Shown one piece after another: positions 1 through 11,597 of a stretch of 64,000 nucleotides of DNA (its first letter is position 1; every line of letters starts with the position of its first letter). Made by a program: the position numbers and the translations under genes. Origin of the DNA: Malacoraja senta (lineage: Eukaryota); assembly GCA_038087875.1 (NCBI GenBank), contig CM075998.1, forward strand, positions 1,426,001-1,490,000, given 5' to 3'. A model generated the notes under the pieces. That model did no database searches. It saw nothing but the letters and a program-made list of their open reading frames with translations, and was not told the DNA's origin.

Positions 1-22
1 CTCAGTTTTGATTGACTGATCG

Positions 23-309
23 ACAGATACAGCATGGAAACAGGCCCTTTGGCCCACCGAGTCCACAGATCATCAATCACCTGTTCACACAAGTTCTGTG
101 TTATCCCACTTTTGCATCCATTCTTTACACACTATGGGCAATTTATAGTGGCCAATTAACCTACAAACCTGGGATGTGGAAAGAAACCGGAGTTCCCGGA
201 GGAAACCCAAGCAGGCACAGGAGAACGTACAAAGTCCATACCCACGATGTCAGGATTGAACCCTGGTCTCTGAGGCAGTGGCTCTACATGCTACACCACT
301 GTGCTACCC
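23..309 (-). mobile_element. HE1-like V-SINE
   Basis: agatacagcatggaaacaggccc...caggattgaaccctggtctc...ccactgtgctaccc. Confidence 0.8.
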
Positions 310-654
310 TGTGGTACTGTGTGCTTTTGTGGGATGCACACCATAGGAAGGATAGGCAGGCTTTCAAGAAGGTTTAATATAGATTCAGAAGGATTTTACC
401 AGAAATACATATTTGAGAAAAGACAAAGTTTTGCACTTTTTACAATAACAACGCTATGATTTAAAATCCTGAAATGTTGGTTTAGAGTAGACAGAGGCAG
501 CTTGTATCCAGTACTTCAGAGGTGAGGAACAAGTGGTCTTGGATGCAGAATTAAATGTAAGACTTCAACCAGACAACAGGATCTTCACTCCGAGAGTTGT
601 GGAGTTCACAGTGGTTGACACAGACATTATTCAAAATTAGATTTAATTGAATGT

Positions 655-1000
655 TAAAGGAACAGGGAATACATACATACACTGATCTCACTATCTTCCA
701 TGTCCATCTCCTTGGTGAATACTGATGTAAAATGCTTGTTTAGTACGTCACCTACATCCTTTGACTCCACGCATAAATTCCCTTCTTGATCCATAAGTGG
801 TCCTACCCTCTCCCTAGCTATCTTCTTGTTTTTAATGTATGTATAAAATACATTGAGATTCTCTTTCATCTGACTTTCCAATGACAATTCATGGCCCCTT
901 CTGGCCTTCCTAATTTCCTGCTTCAGTTCTTTCCTGCTTTCTTGATATTCCTCAAAGGTCCTGTCTGATGTCATCTTCCTGATCCTTATATATGCTTCCT
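655..1000 (-). mobile_element. CR1-clade LINE ORF2 fragment (linker before RT)
   Basis: ORF 654-974 (ELKQEIRKARR...FYTYIKNK...VLNKHFTSVFTKE) is homologous to the N-part of ORF 59920-61617. Confidence 0.85.
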
Positions 1001-2936
1001 CTTATTATTTTTACTTCTGGTTAGGGATTTATGCTGAGATCCCATGTGGGCATGAAATTGCCTGGATGTGCTTAATATGAGAACTCTATATAACATAGCT
1101 CTGTATCTGGTATTCAGACTTACAGTAATTATCTGCACATCTTTTCAATTGTCATTTACCGGATAATCTATAATGTGATTCTTATATATTTTGCAGTGTA
1201 GTATCGTGCCATCCATTGTGGCATTGCGCTGTCAATTGAGGCGTGGTTTTGATTTATTACATGTGGCACAGTGCCATCCATTATGGTGTGATGTAGTGCT
1301 ATTACCTACCTCTGCCTGGCAATCTTCATTCCAGTATGGTGTAGTGCCATAACTGATACCATTGTTTACATGAAAATTGTTTGGCAAACCTTTGTTTATA
1401 GGGTAGGGAAGATGGTTGAGGGGGGGGGGGGGGGTGAGGGGGAAAGAAAAGAACCTGTGAAAGCCACACATCATTTTTGCAGCAGTTACTATACATTGCA
1501 CGCAAGTAATGGAATGCAATATGATTTGATCTGATCACTGCCATTGTTTGATCTTCAAGCACATTATAATGAAAATTGGGTTTTTCCAGGATTCATTGAT
1601 AAAGAAAAGTAATTATTTTATTGATTAAATCTTGACGTCATTTGTCTTATCAAGTGAAATCTGTAAACTGCATTAGGTACTGAAAAACAGATGTTAATTT
1701 AATTTAATCTAATGTGGCTAGACATTCAAAGTAATGATCTTACCTCTGGACTTGCTTTGAAATATATAGGATCTGTCTGTTAATTTACCAAATTTAATGT
1801 CCAGCTAGCCTTTCTGCTTCAGTAGTGAAAACAGTTGAGGCATTGTTCCCCAAAGCTCTCTTGCTGTTGAGAAATAAAATAAAAGCTCTCACCCACAAAT
1901 TTCACTGTTCAGTTCCTAAACTCAAGATAAGAATCTGCAATAAAAACAGTGTCCAAATACTAAGCAGATTTAGGCAGCATCTGTGGAGATAGAAACGGAG
2001 TTAACATTTCACGTCAATGATCTTTCATCAGAGTGGAAAAAGTTGTTTTAAGTTGTAGAGAAGGGTGAAGAGACCAGTGGCAATGACTGTGATAGGGTGA
2101 TGGCCAAGGTTGTCCAAGTGACAAATGCCTCAGGAGCCATGCAGTCAGTAGATGAATGAGATCAGGGAGAATAAAATACAAAAGGTGCAGGAGCTGTGGG
2201 AGGCAGAACCCAATAGCAGCTGCAAATCTGGAACAAGAGAATGCTGGAAATACCCAGCAGACCAGGCAGCATCCATGGAGAGAGAATGGCTGAGTTAATG
2301 TTACAGGTGGATGACGTTACATTAAAACAGGCCACTTCTGACACAAACAGAGGAGTCTGGTTATCTTAAATTGTTGAATTCACGATTGAGCTGAGGGGGG
2401 AGAGTTGAAGAGCTGGAGGCAAGAAAAGCTAGTCCAGTCATTGATTAGAAGGAGATCTTGACAGCAGCAGACTTGAGCTGTCATTTTACCAGTTTCTATC
2501 CAATTCCTCTGGTCTTGCAATGAGGATGATGCTCAATCATAACCTGGCACAATGGCCCAGAAGAAATGTAGCCACCCTCCACACCCTACCCCTTGTGTCT
2601 GAGGTTGGACTTTGACAGTTTATCTGCAACTGCACCTGTTCAGAAGTTTAAGAAGTTTGTTCGGAAGTTTGATATTTTCAAGCACATTATTTTCCCAAAG
2701 GTAATCGGCAAATATTACTGTGCCTGCCTGCCATTTTCTATCCTAAACTATTTAACATTTACTGCAAATGGTATTTTGCACTTTCTTAAATTATTGCAAT
2801 CATAATTCTTCTTAAATCAACTCAGAGATGTCTTTTTCTCAGTTCATTAAGTTGAGCATCATCGACAGTAAGATAGTTTCAAGACCCAGGGAGATTGCTT
2901 TATTCCAATGTCTGCACTTTCATTAAGATAAACAAA

Positions 2937-3237
2937 CTTCAGTGATGATGCTGGTGTAGGAGGGATGATATGTGGCCAAAATTAACAGTCATTCTCAAAG
3001 AAAAAGAATTGATTCTTTGGGTAAAACACTTGGAGAGATTTCAGAATGAAAATACATTGGTTTCACTGCTGCTTCCTCCCTGTGCTCCCCACCATAATTC
3101 CTCTCTTTCCAAAGCCCCTGTCAACTTATCACCCGCACACTACCCATTTGTGACTTGCAACAGGCTGGGAGCTGACCTCCTCTGATTGTTAATTTTGGCC
3201 ACATATCATCCCTCCTGCACCAGCATCATCACTGAAG
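2937..3237. repeat. 55-bp inverted repeat (2937-2991 / 3183-3237), 2 mismatches, 191-bp spacer
   Basis: CTTCAGTGATGATGCTGGTGTAGGAGGGATGATATGTGGCCAAAATTAACAGTCA and its reverse complement. Confidence 0.92.
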
Positions 3238-4035
3238 CACAATTAGATGGATGGCCAATTTAACGTGTGTGAGGTCGTGTGAATGTGTCAACATTGTGAC
3301 GTCTTTCAAAATAGTCGGATCAAATTGTCATGATCGTGGCTATACCTGAAAGGGTTTGTTTTAATTGGTTATTTTAGGTCTCCTCGTCATTGGTGGTAAA
3401 GTGATTGTGAGGGGATCTTTACTGAAGATTTGTTATGGCCTTCGCAGAGCGTAGAAATGTTTGTTAGAGCTTTAGACATTTACAGAGATCTGCTATCGTA
3501 TACAGAATCAGCTCTGTAAAATTGGTCGAATATATCCCATGATGTAACAGTTGCAAGTATTATTTTCAGTTAATAATGTTATTATTGCAGACCATTAGAT
3601 GTTACTTTTAGAGCATTAGATGCTACAGGCCATTCAGTCCATATTGATCTTCCAACCATCTTTTGTCAAGGACCCGTCTTCAGACTTATCCTCAATGTCT
3701 CAGCCTTTGAAGGCAGTGCCGTCTTCACTACCCTTCTCCTTTCTTTCCTTCCACGATCTGCAGTGGATGACCACTGTTATTCACCATTGAAATCTGTTTG
3801 CCATATTCTTGCCTGTTTCCTGGAAATATGTTGTCCTTCATTATTACTGGGTCTAAATTCTGGAACGCCCTCCCCAACAACACTGTGGGAGCACCTTCAC
3901 CACAGTGACAGCAATGGTTCAAGAACCCCCTCTTCTCAGGTGCAATTAGAGATGGTCAATAAATGCTGGCCTGATTCAGATCCTGATAAAAATGTATACA
4001 AAGTTTCAAAATAAATAACTTATCTATCTAAATAA

Positions 4036-4193
4036 CTAAATCTGTCTGTTTCACACCTTACCCTTCCATATCTCTACTCTCCCTCTCCCCTGACTCTGTC
4101 TGAAGAAGGGTCTCGACCCGAAACATCACCCATTCCTTCTCTCCAGAGATGCTGCCTGTCCCGCTGAGTTACTCCAGCTTTTTGTGTCCATCT
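4036..4193 (+). mobile_element. Short Penelope-terminus-derived repeat with 13-bp TSD
   Basis: TCTATCTAAATAA at 4023-4035 and 4194-4206; core CTGAAGAAGGGTCTCGACCCGAAAC...gctgagttactccagc. Confidence 0.75.
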
Positions 4194-4339
4194 TCTATCT
4201 AAATAAGAAGCAGGCCATTGTGAACGTCTATTATGTGGAGTTTATAAATAAACATGACAATCGCTGCATCTTTTTTTTAAATCTCCACATCGAGATTGTT
4301 TGTGTTCACCCCTGAATTGCTCTCCTCCACCGGTCCTCC

Positions 4340-4705
4340 ACTGTGCATATATAAAAGGACGAAACATCCTGATTCGTCGGCTCCGCGGCGGTCTACCCCA
4401 CTCAGAAGGGAGATATAAGGATGGTGCTGTCAGCGCCGCCGCTTGTGTTGCTGCTGCAATTTCTGCAGCCGTTGTTGCTGTAATTGTAACTGTTACTGTT
4501 GTTGCTGTTGCTGTTGCTGCTGCTGCCGCTGCCGCCGGTGTGAGGACCGGCCGAGCACGCTGTGTTCTGGCGCCGGACTGAGCACGCGCCACCCCCCTCC
4601 CTCATCCACTGCTGTGCGTCCATCGGACACCTTTCGTCTTCGACTATAACAGCGAAGGTTTTGTTTTAAATGAAAAAGAAAGGAGCTTTTCAGTCAGAAT
4701 CAACG
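4340..4705 (+). promoter_or_regulatory. Putative slc4a8 core promoter and 5' UTR: TATA box TATATAAAAG (4348-4357) and a CpG-enriched segment
   Basis: Canonical TATA ~350 bp upstream of the ATG; local CpG enrichment against a CpG-poor background; TSS not verifiable from sequence. Confidence 0.6.
4435..4537 (+). repeat. Degenerate trinucleotide repeat (GCC/GCT/GTT)n in the putative 5' UTR
   Basis: gttgttgctgtaattgtaactgttactgttgttgctgttgctgttgctgctgctgccgctgccgcc. Confidence 0.85.
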
Positions 4706-4750
4706 ATGCCGGCAGGGAGCCAAGAATCTGAATGTACTCTGAGTTATCAG
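4706..4750 (+). CDS. slc4a8: slc4a8 coding exon 1 (MPAGSQESECTLSYQ)
   Basis: acgATG at 4706, 45 nt, donor CAG|GTACTG; resembles human MPAAGSNEPDGVLSYQ. Confidence 0.9.
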
Positions 4751-5931
4751 GTACTGTGACCTCTGAAGTACGTCGTATGTGTAAATGTTATGTGTGACAG
4801 GACCCTGGAATCTCGCTCCAACACCTAGCGTTTGCTTTTAAATGGGATGGGAGGTACCTGACTCATTTCAAGTGATGAGCGCCGCTTAATTTTTGATGCA
4901 GTCTTAAACATTGTCTTAAACTCCTCACTGTGAAGGTAATATGTATTGTCCCAGTCAATGCGGCAGTGCCATTTAATATTTTTGTCATGTGTGCTGCGTG
5001 CATGTTCTGCCTTCCTGAGTGCCGGCTGCTGCTCAATACGTTTCGGATAAAACGGCTCGGACTAGTACATTGAAAGAGGGAGCGGGAGGGAGAAGGGGTT
5101 GGGGGTGGTGAGGAAGAAATGATGAGGGGGAGGGGGAAGGAGTCGTTTCATAATGACTACATTACAGATTAACCTTGAGGGCGCTGAAAATGAATTCTGG
5201 ACCAAGAACATGTCAAATATGTCAGCCTGTTAGATTTTATGACAGGTGGTTTTGTGATTGATTTGTTTTGCTGCAACATGAATATTATAATAAAGTTTTA
5301 TCGAAGAGTGCCGTTCAGTATCTTAGCCCTGATCGTTGCTGTTTTGCTTTTGTCTTGAAACGTATTTCACCTGGTGGAGTCAGAACTCTGCCTCTCTCTG
5401 CTTGGATTGTAGGATTGCTATTGATTGTACGTGTGTCATGTTTGGCTATTTCTACCTGTGTTTCAATGTTATGAATGCTCACTGTAAAGTGAGCAATATA
5501 TTGTGCACTGAGAGCTCTGTATGCTGTGTAAGATGGTTTGTAACCTCTTAAAGGTACTGCATCATTGGGAGCTTTAGATGTGGCCTCATTGCAGAATACT
5601 GCAAATGCAAACACTGAGCTGCTGGAAAAGTGAGATGGTGCTGTTTTGATTGGTAATTAGTTCGTCAACTATTTTTCCCTGCCCAGATACAAAACTCTAT
5701 TTACATTGGAACATTACACCAGAAGCTGTAGTTATGCCTTGCTACCGTTAGCCAAAATGCAGTAAGTGACATGCAATTTTTACTCCATTCCACTGTTAAC
5801 ACACCACAGGTACTTTTTCTAATTGTCTTTTGGATGTTCACCATGCTGGTTCTTGACATTCTCAAGATTTTCATGGTTGACTATTTTTCTTCCTGTTGGC
5901 TAGATTGTGAGACTATAAAGATTATAATGTT

Positions 5932-6137
5932 AAAGAAGGAACTGCAGATGCTGGTTTAAACCAAAGATAGACACAAAAAGCTGGAGTAACTCAGCAGGAC
6001 AGGCAACATCTCTGGAGAGAAGGAATGGGTGATGTTTCGGGTAGAGATCTTTCAGTCTCGACCCGAAACGTCACCCATTCCTTCTCTCCAGAGATGCTGC
6101 CTGTCCCGCTGAGTTACTCCGGTTTTTGTGTCCATCT
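5932..6137. mobile_element. Same short repeat family arranged as an inverted pair, 14-bp TSD
   Basis: AAGA(T/C)TATAATGTT at 5918-5931 and 6138-6151; arms ~5967-6048 and ~6056-6137 are reverse complements. Confidence 0.8.
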
Positions 6138-6151
6138 AAGACTATAATGTT

Positions 6152-6598
6152 GCCAGGGTGAGAGGGTCTGAGCTTTAGGGAGAGGTTGCGTAGGCTGGGA
6201 CTCTATTCCTTGGAGCGCAGGAGGATGAGGGGTGATCTTATAGAGGTGTATAAAATCATGAGAGGAATAGATTGGGTAGACACACAGCGTCTCTTGCCCA
6301 GATTAGGGGAATCGAGGACCAGAGGGCATGGGTTTAAGGTGAAGGGGAAAAGATTCAATAGGAATCTGAGGAGTAACCTTTTTCACACAAAAGGTGGTGG
6401 GTGTATGGAACAAGCTGCCAAAGGAGGTAGTTGAGGCAGGGACTATCACAGCATTTAAGAAAGAATTAGACAGGTATAGGTCATGTTTGGAGGGATATGG
6501 GTCAAACACAGGCAGGTGGGGCTAGTGCATCTGTGTCACGTTGGCCGGTGTGGGAAAGTTGGGCTGAATGTCCTGTTTCCACGCTGTGTGACTCTATA
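6152..6598 (+). mobile_element. CR1-clade LINE 3' fragment
   Basis: LGLYSLERRRMRGDLIEVYKIMRG...RTRGH plus 3' UTR ending cctgtttccacgctgtgtgactcta. Confidence 0.9.
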
Positions 6599-7910
6599 AA
6601 GACATTTTCCTACTGTTTCTTCAGAGTTCTTTGTGTGACCGACTGTGACTTGACAGGTAAGTTTACCCAAACTGGACATCAGAATGGGAACTTTTGTGTA
6701 CGTCAGCAATTTTGTTCCAAAGTATCGAAACATCAACAGGAATTTTTGGTTTCAGTGGACATTTTTTCCACAGAAGATTTGTGGTAAGTTATAAAAAGTG
6801 AACACCAAAGATGTTTTACTGCACCTAAATGTGCCAATTCACCTTCTCTGTTCATTTTGTTGTTGACTCTCATATTCTTCATTTGTCCTGCCAAATAAAG
6901 GGGGTTAATGTTCACTGCTTCTGTAAGGGAGGCTTCTTACCTTTACCTGCCTTGTGGATGAAGAAAAATGCTTTTCCTGCAGAAGGCAATCATCACACAA
7001 TAACTTTGTTTTCAGCTTCGAAATTGTGACTTGTTTTGATTATTTTGTTCCTCATTGTTGTATGTATTTGCTGCAAAACAATAAATTTTTCACTTTCTAA
7101 ATTATTCATTAAATGTTTGTACTCACCTCCTCAAATGCTGAAATTGGACTATCTTTTCTTTTATGCACCCTTGCCTCTGCTTGTATAAGACCTTAAATTA
7201 GAACTGTCTGCAATAAAAGTTCTGCAATCCTCCTTTTGTTCTTGCTGCTCATTTTGCAAGATATGTGAGGAAATAATCTCATTGCGGCTTCCAATTGGTT
7301 CTTAAATTATTCCAGGATTTTGGCCTCTGCATTTTCATCCATCCTGTATATTGATTATTTTTGTCAAAAACTGACCAGAAACTCAACTGTACAGGCCACG
7401 TCTGGTCAGCAGGGACGGGTCGGGCTGCAGAGCCTGTTTCCGAGCTGTATAACTCTAATTTTGTTTAACCATTTTATTATGGTGCAAAGTATGGAAGGTC
7501 AGTATACAGAATATGAAAGGAGAATCCATTCACAATATTGGTTGATCTGCACCCTATCGTTCTTGTGTTGCTTTGTGGAAATGAGCTGATCTCTTGTTTA
7601 GGAAAAAAAATCCTTGTGAGCATCAGTGAGCTGACGGACTGTACATGAGGCATCACAGCCAATCCTCGCTCTGCATGTAGGTTCTCACACACTACCCACT
7701 GTATACCATTACTTAGACACAAACTAATTTTACTATCCCAGCTAACATAGGCTAACTAATCACAGTCAAATATCACGTCTGACATCTTGCATGCCAGTGC
7801 ATTCATTAGGTTTCGGGGAAAAGTGAAAACTGAACTTTTGTTAAGCCGTTGAATGCCTTAAAGCATAAAGTAGCACACGCTTCAATTAATGATGGGGAAT
7901 AACTATACCT

Positions 7911-8682
7911 GAGGATGTATGTGCTGGCTCTGGAGAGGGTCAGGAGGAGGTTTACAAGAATGATCCCAGGAATGAGTAGATTAACCTATGATGACCGTTT
8001 GTCGGCACTGGGCTTGTACTCGCTGGTTTAGAAGAATGAGGGGGGACCTCATTGAAACATACAGAATAGTGAAAGGCTTAAGGGCCTGTCCCACTTGGTG
8101 ATATTTTTCGGCGACTGCTGGCATCATTGACTGACGTATCGGGTCACCGAAAAATTTGCGGCATGATGCGTCGTGACGCAGCGTGATGACGCATTGACGC
8201 GCAGTGTTTTTTCAAGTGTCGCAACATTTTTTTGTCGCTGCTGGATTTTGAAATGTTCTAAATCTTTTGGCGAACCTGATGTGATGCCGGCAGTGGTCGA
8301 AAAAATCGCCAAGTGGGACAGGCCCTTAAGATAGAGTGGATGTGGAGAGGATGTTTCCATTAGTGGGAGAGTCTAGAACTAGAGGTCATAGCCTCAGAAT
8401 TAAAGGACGTTCTTTTAGGAAGGAGATTATGAGAAATTTATTTAGTTGGAGGGTGGAGAATCTGTGGAATTCTTTGCCACAGAAGGCTGTGGAGGCCAAG
8501 TTAGTGGATATTTTTAAGGCAGAGATAGATAGATTTTTGATTAGTACAGGTGTCAGTGGTTATGGGGAGAAAGCAGGCAAATGGGGATAGGCGGGAGAGA
8601 TAGATCAGCCATGATTGAATGGTGGAGTAGACTTGATGGGCCGAATGGCCTAATTGTACTCCTATTCCTTATGACCTTATGA
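7911..8682 (+). mobile_element. CR1-clade LINE 3' fragment interrupted by a MITE
   Basis: RMRGDLIETYRIVKGL|DRVDVERMFPLVGESRTRGHSLRIKG...; tail ttatgaccttatga. Confidence 0.9.
8081..8326. mobile_element. MITE with ~22-bp TIRs, probably PIF/Harbinger-type
   Basis: AGGGCCTGTCCCACTTGGTGAT ... ATCGCCAAGTGGGACAGGCCCT, flanked by TTA/TAA; removing it plus 3 bp restores the LINE frame (G-L-D-R). Confidence 0.85.
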
Positions 8683-10084
8683 TAACTGCTGATTTTGTCA
8701 CCAACACCCAGTCCATGAAACAATGCAATTAAACTGTCCTGCAAACAAAAGCAAAAACAAAAGGCATGATACTTGAATAATTGTATCTGTCTTGCTGGTC
8801 CCACCTTAGTGAGTATCTAAAATGATTGAGGTGTTGCCATTATTCTTCCAGACACCCTTTCTGAAGGATGCAAGAATGGCCTGTGAAACATTTGTAAATT
8901 AGAATTGTAAAAATGTGCTTAATTAATCATGATATCAAGATTACTTCCAAACTTGTTGACATAAATGAATTAAAATAGATCATTTTGGAAATGCTCGGTA
9001 GATTGGACAGATTCTCCAGAGAGGAAAGGAGTGAAACATGAATGTTGTGCATGGTGTGACTGTTTCATGTTTAATTCTATCGTCAGCTGCGAGGTTATGT
9101 GTGAAAACCAAATATGTGAAGTCTCTACTAAAGTAGTGAGATGACCCCTGCAGCTGTCAATTGTGAAATGGCTGGAGTGGAACCTCTGGCTATCTGTCAT
9201 TCTTTCTTGTTCCCTATCATTCGCTTGTGTTCTGTGCTTTAATCCCATGCAAGTAGAGCATGGATGGGTGGGTAGAATGGGTAGTCTTGAGCATGATTGA
9301 GGGAGATGCCTTGCGTAAAGTCAGAGGCAATTTAGAGGCTAATTAACCCAAGGACCTGCACATCTTTGGGATGTGAGAGGGAACCAGAACACCTGGAGGA
9401 AACCCACGTGATCACATGGAGAACGTGCAAACTCCACGCAGATAGCACCCAAAGTCTGGATCGAACCTGGGTCTCTGGCACTGTGAGGCAGCAGCTGTGC
9501 CACTGTGCTGCAATATATTGGGTGAAACTTAGAACATTTTGAAAACAAGGACAAGATTGTGCTCATATAATGTTAGATCTCTGATGTGAGAAGTGGATGC
9601 ATCGATCTCCCAATGATATCTAAATAAACACTCAATACAATCTTGAGTATACAGAATGGAGGTAAGGATGGCTTTCCCTGATATGTAATAATAAACCTAA
9701 ATGTATAAAGGAAGTAGAAACAATAATTAATGAAAAGGCTATTTCAATTCCGACACCGATTCCAATTTTATAGCAGATGCTATGCAGCACTGGATAAATG
9801 TCTTGCCACCTCTGGCTGGTTGTTAACCTTTCAGTTCAAAGACCCTGTGCTTCAAATCTTTGATCTGAAATGTTAATTTTGTTTCTCTTTCCACAGATGC
9901 TGCCTGACCTGTTGAGAATCTCCAGCATTTTGCAGATTCTGGAAATCCTGAAATAAAAGTTTTTTGATTTTGAAAGTTGGTAACTTGGTTATGAAATGCA
10001 GTCGAGGGAGACAGAGTTCTACTAGTGAGAATGGCACCATAATTCACTTGTGACTTTGACGTGATCCACATGATTCACAACAGC

Positions 10085-10378
10085 ATCGAAGCAATGCCAA
10101 CAAAGCACACCAATGTTTCTACATCCTCGGGAAACTAAGGAAGTTTGGCATGTCTCCAACTTCTACAGATTTTGGTTTGGGAACAACTTTGTCCAAGACT
10201 GCAAGAAATTGCAGAGAGTCCATCACCCAGTCCATCACACTTCAGACTCCCCACCATCGACCCCATCTACCCGTCATGCTGCCTCGGGGAAAGCAGTCAA
10301 CATAATCAAGGACCTTTTTCACCCTGGTCATTCCCTCTTCTCCACTCTCTCTGTTGGGCAGAAGATAGTGAAGTGTGG
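10085..10378 (+). mobile_element. Rex1/Babar-type LINE 3' fragment (degenerate)
   Basis: NFYR...WFGNNFVQDCKKLQRV...KAVNIIKDLFHPGHSLFSTL. Confidence 0.7.
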
Positions 10379-10937
10379 GAATCTTCAATCTTTGGCTCAT
10401 GCACCTTCAACATTTTCTGGAAGAGGTATTTGGCTGCCTCCCAAGAGGTTACATAAGTGGCCTTTGTACTGAAAGACTGCCTCGTGTGCTGTTCAGAATT
10501 TGGAATCCTCTTGTGATTTATCTACACTACCCTTCTCACTCCCCACCCGGGGTAGAATCCACAAAGCCCTCCAGCATTGTAGCATGCGTTTGTTCCGCTA
10601 CCGGCCTCCCCAATTGTTGAGAAAATACTATTTCTTGAGCTGGCTGTAAGGAAGGACACTTCACTGGTGAAATTTGAAGAACATTCTCTCTTCCTAGAGC
10701 CGTGCGAGGATACCGATTTTATCACAATTCAGTTTTATTGCATGTGCATGACAAGTTAACATGGGTTGCAATAAAAAACACTTTCTCTGTTACTAGTTAG
10801 TTGATTTTCAATTACATGGATTCAATCCTGACTGAATTATGATATTTTCACTTGTAGAATTGTCTTCAGTTGTTGTGGAACTGCTATTTTAATTGAACTG
10901 TACCTCAGTACACATGAGAATAACACACCTACACCTA

Positions 10938-11500
10938 AGCACACCAATGCTCCTACTTTGTCATTGGCACGTCTCCAATGGCACTTACAAACTTCCACAG
11001 ATGCAGCATAGAGAGCATGCTGTCTGATTGTATCATAGCTTGGTTTGGAAACAGGTTCTGCTCAAGACTGCAAGAAATTGCAGAGAGCTGTAGATGTAGC
11101 CCAGTCCATCGCACAGACCAGACTCTCCACCATCAACTCCATCGACACCTCATGCTGCCTTGGAAAACCAGCCAACATAATCAAAAACCCTTCCCAGCCC
11201 AGTCATTCCTTTTCTCCACTCCTGTTGGGCAGAAGGTACAGAAGCTTGAAAGTGTGCAACACCAGACTTGGGAACAGCTCCTTCCCCTCTCATCAGACTT
11301 CTGAACGGTACTTCCATAAGCTAAGGTACAGTCTATTACAGACATTGGAGTTTGTCTATGGAACTGATGTGTGACAATGCTGTATCCTTTCCTTCGCTCC
11401 ACCTATTGTACTCGAGTTTGGCTTGATTGTATTTATCTGATTTGATTGGATAGCACACAAAGCTTTTCACTGTACCTCTGTACATGTGACAATGATAAAC
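10938..11500 (+). mobile_element. Rex1/Babar-type LINE 3' fragment with tail
   Basis: LTNFHRCSIESMLSDCIIAWFGN / SAQDCKKLQRAVDVAQSI...PSHSFSPLLLGRRYRSLK; tail tgtacctctgtacatgtgacaat. Confidence 0.8.
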
Positions 11501-11515
11501 CGGCAACTGGAACGG

Positions 11516-11597
11516 ACACTCACACACACTCACACACACTCACACACACTCACACACACTAACACTCACACTCACACTCACACACACACTCACACAC
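11516..11597. repeat. (CACACACACT)n / (CA)n microsatellite
   Basis: Direct reading. Confidence 0.95.

Noticed and set aside
4419-4440. Possible REST/NRSE site (ggtgctgtcagcgcc)
   Set aside because: Only half-site fragments; spacing and the second half do not match the RE1 consensus.
4242-4649. Overlapping poly-Ala/Thr, poly-Cys and Ser/Asn ORFs on both strands
   Set aside because: By-products of the (GCT/GTT)n repeat; several lack an ATG start and none resembles a known protein.
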